Below are positions 50,694 to 60,584 of a stretch of 64,000 nucleotides of DNA, in pieces. The first letter of the stretch is position 1. Every line of letters begins with the position of its first letter. The stretch comes from Methanotrichaceae archaeon. GTDB taxonomy: Archaea > Halobacteriota > Methanosarcinia > Methanotrichales > Methanotrichaceae. The stretch spans positions 160,001 through 224,000 of the forward strand of contig CAVVKN010000023.1 in the NCBI GenBank assembly GCA_963748825.1, in the 5' to 3' direction. A program made the position numbers and the translations under genes. The notes under the pieces were generated by a model. It ran no database searches. It was given only the letters and a program-made list of their open reading frames with translations, and had not been told where the DNA came from.

Positions 50694-52112
50694 TTGGAAA
50701 AAGAATACACAGCCTTAGCATTAGCTATGATTTTATGTGGCTTAATGACACCAGCTATGGGCATCTCGGTTGATTTTAGTGCTGGCAATGGTGCAGAATC
50801 CGTATCATCCACCACAACATATGATCTGGACAGTTCTACCATGCTCCAGGAGGAAACCCTGCTGGACGAAGGCAATATTTTTCAAAACAGAGAGGCTAAA
50901 GGCTCAGGAAGCAATCGGATTGATCAGTCAGTTAGCGGCGATAAATACAGCACAAGCAATACAATTGACAGCTCCGGATCGTTTGCCACTTCGGCATCGA
51001 TCGCGGCATCTGCGAGCAATGTCGGCCAGAGTCAGAATCTAGCCGGTAGTGGCGACCTCATGGCGTCTATGCAGGCAACTACCAGCACCAGTACTTCGGG
51101 CCAGCTGGTAGAAGTGGCTAATGGCGCATTATCCACCTCCCAGGTTCTGGCTACAGCCGATGGCGTTTATTCCGGCCAAAATTCCGCGCTGAGTGGAAAA
51201 GCAGGCAACATCGAATCAATATCATCATCTCCGGATAACGAGATCGTTGTGTCGGGAGGCTTTTCCGGCGAAGGCGACTTGCAAGCAGATCTGTCGGCCA
51301 TTGCCGCAGAAAGTGCAGTGATGGGCGGCAGCGCATCCATTCTGGGATTGCCTACACTTAACGATGACAATCTGCAGACACTATCTTCAGGAGACATGGC
51401 CATGTCCATAGGGGGCATATACGCCCAGCCCAAAGGCGACCTTGGGACTTTCGGCCTTTACACCGCCAACAGCAAGAAGAATCCGATAGGCAGTGAATCG
51501 TCTAACCAGCTTACCGCCCCGGTAAATACCCCAGGCGGAGGAGATGCTGATGCCTATCTCTTGGCAGGCTGGAGGTGGAATACAAAGGACCCTCAGCTCA
51601 AACTTGTGCTGAAGAATGACGCTTACCTAACAGGAGAGAGACTGAGCACCAGTGCAGTGCAAAACGCCGTCGCGGCCGCGGCCAATACCTGGGATGCTGC
51701 CACGAATCAAAATATCTTTGCCGATAGCAACCTGGTGACGGCAAGCACAACAGTCAGTGCTGATAAATACGATAGAAATAATGTAGTGGCCTGGAAGCCA
51801 ATGAGCGGCAGCAGCGCTTTAGCCTACAGCAGGACATGGTTTAACTACAATAAGGTCGATGGCTACAATACGGCCTTGGAATCTGATATCGTATTTAACA
51901 CAGGATATACCTGGCGCACGGACGGCCTGAATGGCGGCGTCGATGTTCAATCGGTAGCATTGCACGAGCTGGGTCACACCTTGGGTCTAGGAGACCTTTA
52001 CGGCAAAGCTCAGTTCAGCGATGACACTAGACAGGTGATGCACTATTACAATGGCGTCAAGCGCACCCTCGGAAACGGCGATTCAGCTGGTATCTGGAAG
52101 CTTTACCATTGA
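50694..52112 (+). CDS. Secreted matrixin-like (metzincin) metalloprotease with Ser/Gly-rich N-terminal region
   Basis: HELGHTLGLGD zinc motif and Met-turn VMHY; signal peptide; start uncertain (TTG 50694 or 50628). Confidence 0.82.
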   Translation: MEKEYTALALAMILCGLMTPAMGISVDFSAGNGAESVSSTTTYDLDSSTMLQEETLLDEGNIFQNREAKGSGSNRIDQSVSGDKYSTSNTIDSSGSFATSASIAASASNVGQSQNLAGSGDLMASMQATTSTSTSGQLVEVANGALSTSQVLATADGVYSGQNSALSGKAGNIESISSSPDNEIVVSGGFSGEGDLQADLSAIAAESAVMGGSASILGLPTLNDDNLQTLSSGDMAMSIGGIYAQPKGDLGTFGLYTANSKKNPIGSESSNQLTAPVNTPGGGDADAYLLAGWRWNTKDPQLKLVLKNDAYLTGERLSTSAVQNAVAAAANTWDAATNQNIFADSNLVTASTTVSADKYDRNNVVAWKPMSGSSALAYSRTWFNYNKVDGYNTALESDIVFNTGYTWRTDGLNGGVDVQSVALHELGHTLGLGDLYGKAQFSDDTRQVMHYYNGVKRTLGNGDSAGIWKLYH

Positions 52113-52216
52113 CTTCTGGCGGCTCTTGAAGCCGTCCATTTTTTATAATCGTATGTCTAAAAAGTGAAGTACTAATGGTATGGAAGCCTTTTAAGAGTTG
52201 AAAAAGGGAATATAAT

Positions 52217-52525
52217 ATGGGTAGCGCAAAGTATAGGCCTGCAATCAAGATTGTACTCAAGCTGCTTGAGTGCATAACCAAGAACCAGTTAAAAGGGCGT
52301 GCTTTGAAAACCCATATAATCCAGTGTGCTAATCTGAAAACAACCTCGGCAGAAAAATACATCAATATGCTGAAAGAGGCCGGATACGTTGAAGAAAAGA
52401 GGTTGGATTGGGGGGCACGAGAGGTCATTACCTACGAGCTCACGCCCCTGGGCAAATCAAGATACGACTGGTTTAGGACCATCAATGACGAGCTCTTTGT
52501 ATCAGACGAGTACATAGACGAGTGA
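52217..52525 (+). CDS. Winged-helix transcriptional regulator
   Basis: KTHIIQCANL...KYINML...YELTPLG pattern. Confidence 0.8.
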   Translation: MGSAKYRPAIKIVLKLLECITKNQLKGRALKTHIIQCANLKTTSAEKYINMLKEAGYVEEKRLDWGAREVITYELTPLGKSRYDWFRTINDELFVSDEYIDE

Positions 52526-52529
52526 GAAA

Positions 52530-52868
52530 ATGGCGAACGTGACATTAACGGACAATGCGTATGACATTGTGGAGCGTATTGACCAGCAGAAGAGAAGATT
52601 AAAGGTGGCGATTATGGGATCCTTCTTGCCGGCACTTCTCTGCTCAGTGTTGAGTGGGTATATTTATTTGGTATTCTCTCACCAAAAAGGAGGCTTATCC
52701 GATAGTAAAATAGTTGCAATAGCCCTGCTGGCTCTTATGTGCATCATCCTTTTGGGGATCGCGGTTAAAAAATTAATTAAATTCAGTAAATTGAATAATA
52801 AACTTAATCAGATTGAGGCTCTAGAAGAGACGATCTATAAAGAGGTTTTGAAATACCAGGTGGATTAA
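52530..52868 (+). CDS. Two-TM membrane protein
   Basis: Two hydrophobic helices; starts 4 nt after the regulator's stop codon. Confidence 0.7.
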   Translation: MANVTLTDNAYDIVERIDQQKRRLKVAIMGSFLPALLCSVLSGYIYLVFSHQKGGLSDSKIVAIALLALMCIILLGIAVKKLIKFSKLNNKLNQIEALEETIYKEVLKYQVD

Positions 52869-53162
52869 ACTGGCAAAACCGATGGCATAAGATGCCACTC
52901 TTCTTGCGCAAACTTTTTTTCCCAAAACCCGTTCCAAGTTAAATTCAAAATATCGATAAACATCGTTTTCGTCATCGCGAATTGAAATCGATCTTTTATA
53001 AAATGGAGGGCAGGAGCGGCCACTTGGTCAATAGTCCCTGTGACTTTTCGCCCCTGTATTGGGAAAGATACATCGTTGGGGAGGAAGGTTATTGAAATTG
53101 GGGAAGATAGATCCACGCGGAGGCAAATGTTTTGGAGGCAAGTGCAATCCTTTAGATCTACC

Positions 53163-54923
53163 CTAATCTATACTGTGTAGTACAACATAAATATCATTTG
53201 TGGAACGATTTGTGTCCCCAAATGTACTGTACCAAAGGTCCGGACGAACCAAAAGCGAATAGATCAATCTCAAGGAGAAATATCCCAGGGATTTATCCTT
53301 CATCTGAGGGGTTTGCGCTAATAGCCTCCAGTTTGTCCATCTTTCCGTTGCCTCTCTGGCCTTATAAAAACACCTCTCCAGAGCTATGGAGCTGCTCGAT
53401 TTATCTTCTTCGCGCATGGCTTCACACAGATTGTAGGTAAAGAGGCTCAGAGATCCAAACCATACTTCGTTGCTGGGCTGGTCTTCTTTGGACGAGACCA
53501 ATATCATCTGGCCGTTTTCGACAACATTCTCCAGTCCGCCGCTATTGCAGGCATCTACCACCAGGGCGACGCTTTTTAAGCCCTTTATGCTTTTTTGCAG
53601 CTCCTCAGCACTGATGTAACTGGTGACTTGTCCATTGCTGTCTTGAGGTATCAGGTATGTTTTATCGCCCTTCTTTTCGCCATGACCTGAGAAGTAAATG
53701 ACGACCTTGCCCACATCTTTCTTGTACCCCATTTCGCCCAGGGCTTTCTCCAGGATGTTGCTCTTGGTGGGCTTCTCGTCTGTAATATCTGTGAGCTTGA
53801 CGACATCATAGCCGTAGGATTTCAGGAGGCGGGCCATGGTCTCGGCGTCGTTGACGCTGGTGTGCAGACTGCTGCGATCGGTGTAGTTATTGATGCCGAC
53901 GACTATGGCGTAGTTCTTAAGGGAGCGGGCCTTTCTACCCAGATCCTGGCCTGCGGCCATTAAATCAGGATGTATCATTTCATCAGCATTGTCCCGGATC
54001 AGCCGATTAATGTTAGAATTGGTACCAGCTTCTATGTCTGATACACTGGTGACCTGTGCTTGAGCGGTTTCAATGCTCGATGTCTCGGAGAGGTATTTTA
54101 GATTGGGTATAATGTCTGTAACTGGCCCCGGAAATTGAACATTCCGGGATGAGGCGGGACTAGGCGCAGTGGTTTCGGTTACAATGGCCGTGTTTTCATT
54201 TTGGGGCGCGACATAGTCATTTTTATAAATATAATCGAAGTTCGAATTTATATCATTATTCGCATTCGAGAGAGGCAAAGTCATCTCTTGATTGGGTTTT
54301 TTCTCATAATAATAACTATTGATAGGATCTCCGACGGCGGCACCCCCATCAGCGATCAGAATTCTATCCTCGGAATCATCTTTAGAATAGATATTACGTA
54401 GATTTGAGCTTACTTCTAGTTGCAATTCATTTGGATTCGTCTCTAAAACATTTTCTTTAGATGCGGCACGGTAAAGATAACCCATATTCGTCCCGATTTT
54501 GCGGCCGGTATCAGTACTAGCGATCCGAACATTCTGGGCATATGCAGTGTATTGGCTTACCAGGTCCAAGTTCTGATCATCTCTAGTTGGATAGTGTTTC
54601 GGGCCAGATCCTTCTTCAGGATTTTCGAGATCGTATGACGCATATGTGATATTCTCAAACAGCTTATCCATGGAAGACGGAGAATGCTCCATCGAGACCT
54701 GAACAAGGGGGATCGACTTGGATTCCAAGCTATTGTCACTGTACGACGGCAAACTTGCAGGAACAACGGGTTGCAGGTCTCCATTCGTCAATAATTGGAG
54801 AGCAGCCTCGGTAGAAGGCGCATGCTCTTGCACTTGATCCAGAGCCAGCCCCAAAGGTGCAATTGCTACAATCATCAACAAAATCCAGATTCTTCTATCC
54901 AATTGCACCAGCCCCAAAGGCAA
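53163..54923 (-). CDS. Caspase-family (C14, metacaspase/orthocaspase-like) peptidase with signal peptide and long N-terminal region
   Basis: YAIVVGINNY, YFSGHG and DACNSG catalytic dyad motifs. Confidence 0.85.
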   Translation of the reverse strand: MPLGLVQLDRRIWILLMIVAIAPLGLALDQVQEHAPSTEAALQLLTNGDLQPVVPASLPSYSDNSLESKSIPLVQVSMEHSPSSMDKLFENITYASYDLENPEEGSGPKHYPTRDDQNLDLVSQYTAYAQNVRIASTDTGRKIGTNMGYLYRAASKENVLETNPNELQLEVSSNLRNIYSKDDSEDRILIADGGAAVGDPINSYYYEKKPNQEMTLPLSNANNDINSNFDYIYKNDYVAPQNENTAIVTETTAPSPASSRNVQFPGPVTDIIPNLKYLSETSSIETAQAQVTSVSDIEAGTNSNINRLIRDNADEMIHPDLMAAGQDLGRKARSLKNYAIVVGINNYTDRSSLHTSVNDAETMARLLKSYGYDVVKLTDITDEKPTKSNILEKALGEMGYKKDVGKVVIYFSGHGEKKGDKTYLIPQDSNGQVTSYISAEELQKSIKGLKSVALVVDACNSGGLENVVENGQMILVSSKEDQPSNEVWFGSLSLFTYNLCEAMREEDKSSSSIALERCFYKAREATERWTNWRLLAQTPQMKDKSLGYFSLRLIYSLLVRPDLWYSTFGDTNRSTNDIYVVLHSID

Positions 54924-55158
54924 GACCCTCGCCGGATCGCGCTAACGGATACAACGCGAGGCCTTCCAATATATATCATAATCGTCATTACGCTATAAAA
55001 AGTTTCTGATTTGAGAAATACTAGGAATCATACGAAAAAAGCAATTCTTATCAAGAGCTCCGATCTGTATTACGGACATCTCTTAATTAGTTATAGTTCA
55101 TGGCAATTTATCTTATAGATATGAGGATTAATAATATATATGTAACGGAGGCAAGGAT

Positions 55159-55710
55159 TTGAAGCTGCAGCCGCTCTTGATAATTGTGATACTGACAATG
55201 CTAATTCAGGGTTGGGCAGCTTGCTCTGAGGACCAGAGTAAAAAGATCCTTCAGTTTAACCCTCGTCTGGCACTAAGCTCAGGAACTTTTTCGGATAAGA
55301 GTTTAGGTCAATTCATTCTTCCGGATGGCATGATAGTGCCAAACCCAGATCAAACATCAGTTGGTATTCCTATGATGGGTGAAATTAGCCAGGATCTCAA
55401 AGCGATCCTGCAAGTGCCCCTAGGAACCAGCGACCTTTCTTCAGCCATCGGAGATTCAAACCAGGATGATTGGAAAAGGCAACTGGAAAGCGGCTTCAGT
55501 CAGATCCTAGAGATGCGGGTTGAATCAAATGATCAGGGAGAATTATCCAGTGAATTCTCTATCAACCAGGGAATTGCTGATGACGTTAATTCCAATATGA
55601 TTAGCTTGATAGATAACGGGGAGAAATGGGACATGTCCTGGGGTATGGATTTGGATCCTCAAGAATTAGCGAGATCTGTGTCTAGCGCAATAAACGACGT
55701 TACCCCATGA
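55159..55710 (+). CDS. Secreted hypothetical protein
   Basis: Signal peptide; GGAGG upstream of the TTG start. Confidence 0.65.
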   Translation: MKLQPLLIIVILTMLIQGWAACSEDQSKKILQFNPRLALSSGTFSDKSLGQFILPDGMIVPNPDQTSVGIPMMGEISQDLKAILQVPLGTSDLSSAIGDSNQDDWKRQLESGFSQILEMRVESNDQGELSSEFSINQGIADDVNSNMISLIDNGEKWDMSWGMDLDPQELARSVSSAINDVTP

Positions 55711-56105
55711 GCAACGAACGAACAATTAAAATTGCATACCCTGCGGCAGATGCGGATAATTCATGCCAAGATAATTTTTAGAAATATTTTAATATTTATT
55801 TTATTCCGGCGGCAAAGGCAAGAGGATGCATTTCATATTCATAATTTTGCATGCCTGGCCCAAAATAAAAAAACATTTCTATAAATATTCCTAAGGGTTA
55901 AATAGTATGCGATTCACGAGAATTCAAAGAGGTAATGGATGGATAAACATAGTGGCCCTCAAATGTCGCAGATCCAAGATTACATCTATCGGATCTTGGC
56001 CATCTTCTCAGCAACTTTTTCTTTCAATTCTCAGAATACACGGCCTCACGAAGAATACTTTATTTGCCAGAAAGCCAAACCATCAATTAAGGAGTAGATC
56101 AGATT

Positions 56106-56753
56106 ATGAAAGGGCATGCTTCACAAGTTTCAATCCTGATAATATCTCTCATTCTAATACAGCTAAGCGGCATTCTTGCCTTTGCAGAAGACGAGGATAT
56201 AAGTCAGGAGGCGGCCGAATCTTTAGCCGTGATGGCTGCCCAGGATACCTCCGAGGATGTTCCTTCTGTGGAGGAATACATCAATCGCACCAATGCCGAA
56301 CCGGTCCCAGTCATTATTAGTTCGCCCAATCCCAGAGAAAGCCGTGCTAATTGGCTGCAAGGCAATAATGGGGATCTAAACGACTCAACATACCTGAATC
56401 TGATAGAACTGATAAGGACACAGTACCAGGAGGATCTCAATTATTCCTCATATATTCTTGATGAATTTGTCAAGAAGAAGATCGATGCCAGAGCGGCCAT
56501 GACAACAACCATGACCCTGTTTATTCTGACCTCAGAAACCGTGGATATGGTGGACCAGATTAAGCCGCCCGCCAAGTTCGAAGAGTACCAGAATACCACC
56601 CAGTTGGCTTTGATCAATTTGGAAGGGTACTTGTGGAATATGGTCAAGTTCTACGAGACCAACAGGCGAGTCTATGCCATGCAGGCGCATGATAACTTCA
56701 ACCGCAGCATGAGCTATTATGAAAAAGGAGCTAATTTCTCCAAACAGTTCTGA
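56106..56753 (+). CDS. Secreted helical hypothetical protein
   Basis: Signal peptide ending AFA; helical-bundle-like C-terminal half. Confidence 0.7.
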   Translation: MKGHASQVSILIISLILIQLSGILAFAEDEDISQEAAESLAVMAAQDTSEDVPSVEEYINRTNAEPVPVIISSPNPRESRANWLQGNNGDLNDSTYLNLIELIRTQYQEDLNYSSYILDEFVKKKIDARAAMTTTMTLFILTSETVDMVDQIKPPAKFEEYQNTTQLALINLEGYLWNMVKFYETNRRVYAMQAHDNFNRSMSYYEKGANFSKQF

Positions 56754-57004
56754 AAATCTTTTGCGAGAAGGCAAAAATAGCGGCTATGATCAAGAATTTT
56801 CATATACGCGTCGTTTGGTTAATATGCCACCGGATACACGGCGGTTTTCTCAAAAATGCTTTCGTGCAGCAATAATTCATAAGCCATAACGTCTGGATTT
56901 CGCGCGGGAAATGCCAGAAACTATCATATCTCATTATGCAAAAATGTAAGTTCACAAATCCCAGCAAATCCAAGTTGCCATTAAATATATAGTATTGTAT
57001 CAAG

Positions 57005-58672
57005 CCTAAACTCCGGCCCTTTTAATAACCAGGTTAGCCTCGATGGGAATTCCAATCTTCATCTTCTCCAGGATCGTTCTCTGTTTTTTTGAGATCTCCG
57101 TTAACCTCCATTTGCCGCCGACTTTAACTGCCCTGAGCTTTGCCAGTTCCAAGAGAATCTCTTCGATGGATTTCTTATCAAGCAGCTCCGACTCCCTGGC
57201 CTTTCTAAGCAATATCGCTCTCATGATCAACGATACGAAGAAAATGAATAGCAATCCCTGAAGCGTTTCAATCTTATGTACTCTCAGAGGCATAGCCTCA
57301 AGCTCATTCTTCAGATCATCAAACTTCTTCTCGACTTCATCCCTTTCGCGATAGAGTGAAAGCACTTCGTCCCATCTTCGTTTGGTCGCTGAAAGAAGAA
57401 TTGTCTTGCCAAATCGGTTTGAAGCCTGCGATATGGCATTTATTCTCCTGCGAAGGTGGATCGTTTTTCCCTCCACAATGCACTCCAAGTATCTTTCAAA
57501 ATTGCCTGCTGTCCGCTTGAATTCTCCAATCGGGTTTTTGAACTCTTTTCCATTGATTGCTGATTCGATATCGATCAGTCTGTTGTAGAACGAATTTGTC
57601 TCTGATCCTTCCCGCTTCTGATTAAACAAGACATATCCATAGGCATTGACTTCACCAATTAAGACCTCGCTTTCCAAGACGTAGAATATGTCTCCGCCGA
57701 ACCTCTTTGCATTGGCCGGATTTTCGATATCTTTGTTCGTCTCGCTGATAAGACCCTTGCCGATATTAACGCTAAAAGGAAGCGGAAGAATGAAATCAAT
57801 CTCTTCGGCAGTCATTTCTTTAATATTGCTCTCGCGGTAGAATCCTCGATCCAGAATGAAGAGACTCTTTGCAATGCCAAATGCTTTTATTTCAGCTACA
57901 AGATTCTTCAAAGTCACAACATCGCTGATGCTTCCAGGAAACAACTTGAAGTAAAGAGGTAAGTGATTGTTCAATGAAAGCACCAAGCCCAGGTTGACTT
58001 GAGGCAGGTCCAAGCCATCGCGGTTATATCCCCATTCCAACCAATCGATATTTCGCGAGGCTGAGGAGAGCGAAGTGATATCGAATATCAGCGTCTCATC
58101 TTCGCCAGCTATCAAAGAGTTGTAGAATGTGGTCATAGCGGCTTCTTTGGTGGATAATCGCTCCAGGAAACTTGAGAGCCACTGAGAGCTGAATGTCTCT
58201 TTTAGAGAGTACATCTCCGGCAGAAACGAGTCCTCTAGAACGTGGTGAAGGTTCTTAAGAGAGGTCTGATGCAGTAACCTGCTCATCGCAACAGCAAGAA
58301 TCAAATCTCCGTCCTTGCCAAACGCTTCAGAGAGCTTCTTTCTAAGCTGGATTTCATTGCCCACAGAATCAAGAAGATAAGCAGGACCCAATGATTTCGT
58401 CGTCTTGACATCACGTTCGGCGACCTTCGGAATGAGCTTTCCTGAAGTCTCATCCCAGACGCCAAGATAATTGCGTTTTTGCCTGGATTGCTTCTTCTCA
58501 GTGTCCCAAAAATTTTCGGCTTCGTAAACGTAAGTATGCCCGCGAATCTTCTGCTTGACCAGATACGTCATAGCTAAGAGTAATAACCATAATAGTATAT
58601 AAACCCTTCGGTAAATTCGCTGACGGAAGAGTTCAATACGAAAAATGGTTACTGCAAAGGCCGGAGTTTAGG
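57005..58672 (-). mobile_element. Complete IS1634-family insertion sequence
   Basis: 14-bp perfect terminal inverted repeat cctaaactccggcc; 6-bp target duplication atcaag (56999-57004 and 58673-58678). Confidence 0.92.
57006..58571 (-). CDS. IS1634-family DDE transposase
   Basis: FDITSLSS, GYNRD, LDRGFY and Y..R..VE..F..LK motifs. Confidence 0.92.
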   Translation of the reverse strand: MTYLVKQKIRGHTYVYEAENFWDTEKKQSRQKRNYLGVWDETSGKLIPKVAERDVKTTKSLGPAYLLDSVGNEIQLRKKLSEAFGKDGDLILAVAMSRLLHQTSLKNLHHVLEDSFLPEMYSLKETFSSQWLSSFLERLSTKEAAMTTFYNSLIAGEDETLIFDITSLSSASRNIDWLEWGYNRDGLDLPQVNLGLVLSLNNHLPLYFKLFPGSISDVVTLKNLVAEIKAFGIAKSLFILDRGFYRESNIKEMTAEEIDFILPLPFSVNIGKGLISETNKDIENPANAKRFGGDIFYVLESEVLIGEVNAYGYVLFNQKREGSETNSFYNRLIDIESAINGKEFKNPIGEFKRTAGNFERYLECIVEGKTIHLRRRINAISQASNRFGKTILLSATKRRWDEVLSLYRERDEVEKKFDDLKNELEAMPLRVHKIETLQGLLFIFFVSLIMRAILLRKARESELLDKKSIEEILLELAKLRAVKVGGKWRLTEISKKQRTILEKMKIGIPIEANLVIKRAGV

Positions 58673-58919
58673 ATCAAGACAAATTTTTTTATAATTATCT
58701 AATGGCCTGTTTTGTGCATAGTACCTATTTCTAATATGAATTTGTAGACAAGATATCAAATTAGAATAGAAAAATCTAAATCAAAATCAAAATAATTGTG
58801 TCTTAAGACCGGTTCTTTATCCTTTAACTAGAAAAACTTACTAGTTTAGTTTGTAATCTCTTGAAAAGCCATAACTCGACAAGAGATTGGGGAAGATAGA
58901 ACAAAGGAGGCAAGAAGAT

Positions 58920-59798
58920 ATGAAAATGTTCGTAGCATTAGTGGCTTTGCTGGCTCTGGTCGGCTCAGCCATGGCATGGGATATTAGCGATACTCTAACC
59001 TATACAAATGTAAAGACGGGTTTTGAACAGGGTGGATATGGAAATGTCCTCCCCCAAGTCATTGGAACTACGAGTGGAGCATACGTCAAAGAGCCCAACG
59101 ATCTATATGCGGATATGTGGGCACAAGTCGACAACAAGCTTCTCACCGCTACCTTGGATAGATCCAACGACCAATTGAATCCCGAATATGACGCTGATGG
59201 AAATAACTTCTACACAAAGCTGACTCAGGGCGGTGCAGCTACAGTATCTGTATCCTGTAAAGATACCATCGACACAGCCCCCGAGATTACTGGAAATGCA
59301 AATGCATACCAGAATCTATGGGTTGGTGGCGAATTCGCTGAGGCTGCCGCCACATTCGACAGCAGGGCAATTGTAGGATTCTCGGATATTCCAGCTAGTA
59401 CCTATAATGGTCCCGAGACTGCTCAGCACTTTGTCGTCACAGATGTTAAGTCTGCCAGCTCTTCTATCGATGCAAGCGCACATGGATCAGGCCTGTTTAA
59501 TACTGCTGATATGGGCGTCAAGGTAACTGCCGACATCCAACAGAATTACGTAGGCAGCGGATGGGCAGAGCCAACATACTCCGGTGGTATCAATATGTGG
59601 GCAAGCTTCGCTGGTGCCTGCGATCCGCACTGCGCGAACCCGATCATGACAAGCGTCTCTGGCACAGCAGGAACCTCAATGTTCCCAGCCAATGGAGTCG
59701 AACTGACAACCAACAGCCCATTCACCCAATCTAACGTGGGCGATGTGGCCTACTGGGGATCCAACTTCGCAACAGATCCCAACCTTCAGGGCGTATAA
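58920..59798 (+). CDS. Secreted beta-rich hypothetical protein
   Basis: Signal peptide MKMFVALVALLALVGSAMA; Ala/Gly/Thr/Asn-rich. Confidence 0.8.
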   Translation: MKMFVALVALLALVGSAMAWDISDTLTYTNVKTGFEQGGYGNVLPQVIGTTSGAYVKEPNDLYADMWAQVDNKLLTATLDRSNDQLNPEYDADGNNFYTKLTQGGAATVSVSCKDTIDTAPEITGNANAYQNLWVGGEFAEAAATFDSRAIVGFSDIPASTYNGPETAQHFVVTDVKSASSSIDASAHGSGLFNTADMGVKVTADIQQNYVGSGWAEPTYSGGINMWASFAGACDPHCANPIMTSVSGTAGTSMFPANGVELTTNSPFTQSNVGDVAYWGSNFATDPNLQGV

Positions 59799-59845
59799 GT
59801 AGCGGCAAAGACTGTGAAAATGCAAAATAGAATGGATGGAGGTGC

Positions 59846-60577
59846 TTGAAAATGCGGATGGCTCTGATTGTGCTGATTGGGATAGTGGCATTAGCTGGCC
59901 AATCTAGCGGGATCACCCAGACGAGCGCCTTCACCAATTCTTTTTTGGTGAGCAGTTTTTCTGAAGTAGCAGCATCAAGGACCATATCAGAAAGTTCTGT
60001 AACATCTCCAGATCTGAATTATATATCTCATGGACAGGTTGACTCCTATGTCATCCAGCCTGGCGGAGGTGCAGCAACAATAAGCCAAACTATCGAGTCC
60101 ACGGCCCAAAATTATAATGGATTAGGGGGCGGGGCATCCTTCAGCAGCAAGGTAACCGCCACCGATGTTACAAACTCATATATAATAATGAAAGGAACGT
60201 CAACTGCCGAGGTATGTAACAAACAAGATAATTCCAAGATAAAAAGCCAGACATTCGGAATGGGTATGGCCAAACCCGGAGAAGGCGAATATTCCTTTGA
60301 AGTGAATGGGGCTCAAAATACCAAATCTGACATGGTCCCAGCGCTTGCAACAATAGTGGATTACACTAAATTGCTTGATAAAGAGTTAATTGTGGCCTTT
60401 GAGCAGATACCAACGGAGTTTGAGCAGACCCCAGATATTCTGCAGCAGGAAGTCAACTTTAATTACGCTACGTCCAATAATCAGCCAACCTATTACGGCT
60501 ACGACTTTACGAGCACGATCGCAGTTGATGATACTATGTGTAGCTCCTCTATGAGCCTCTCGCATATAAATTATTAG
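59846..60577 (+). CDS. Secreted Ser/Thr-rich hypothetical protein
   Basis: Signal peptide; GGAGGTG ribosome-binding site. Confidence 0.78.
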   Translation: MKMRMALIVLIGIVALAGQSSGITQTSAFTNSFLVSSFSEVAASRTISESSVTSPDLNYISHGQVDSYVIQPGGGAATISQTIESTAQNYNGLGGGASFSSKVTATDVTNSYIIMKGTSTAEVCNKQDNSKIKSQTFGMGMAKPGEGEYSFEVNGAQNTKSDMVPALATIVDYTKLLDKELIVAFEQIPTEFEQTPDILQQEVNFNYATSNNQPTYYGYDFTSTIAVDDTMCSSSMSLSHINY

Positions 60578-60584
60578 GACTATT

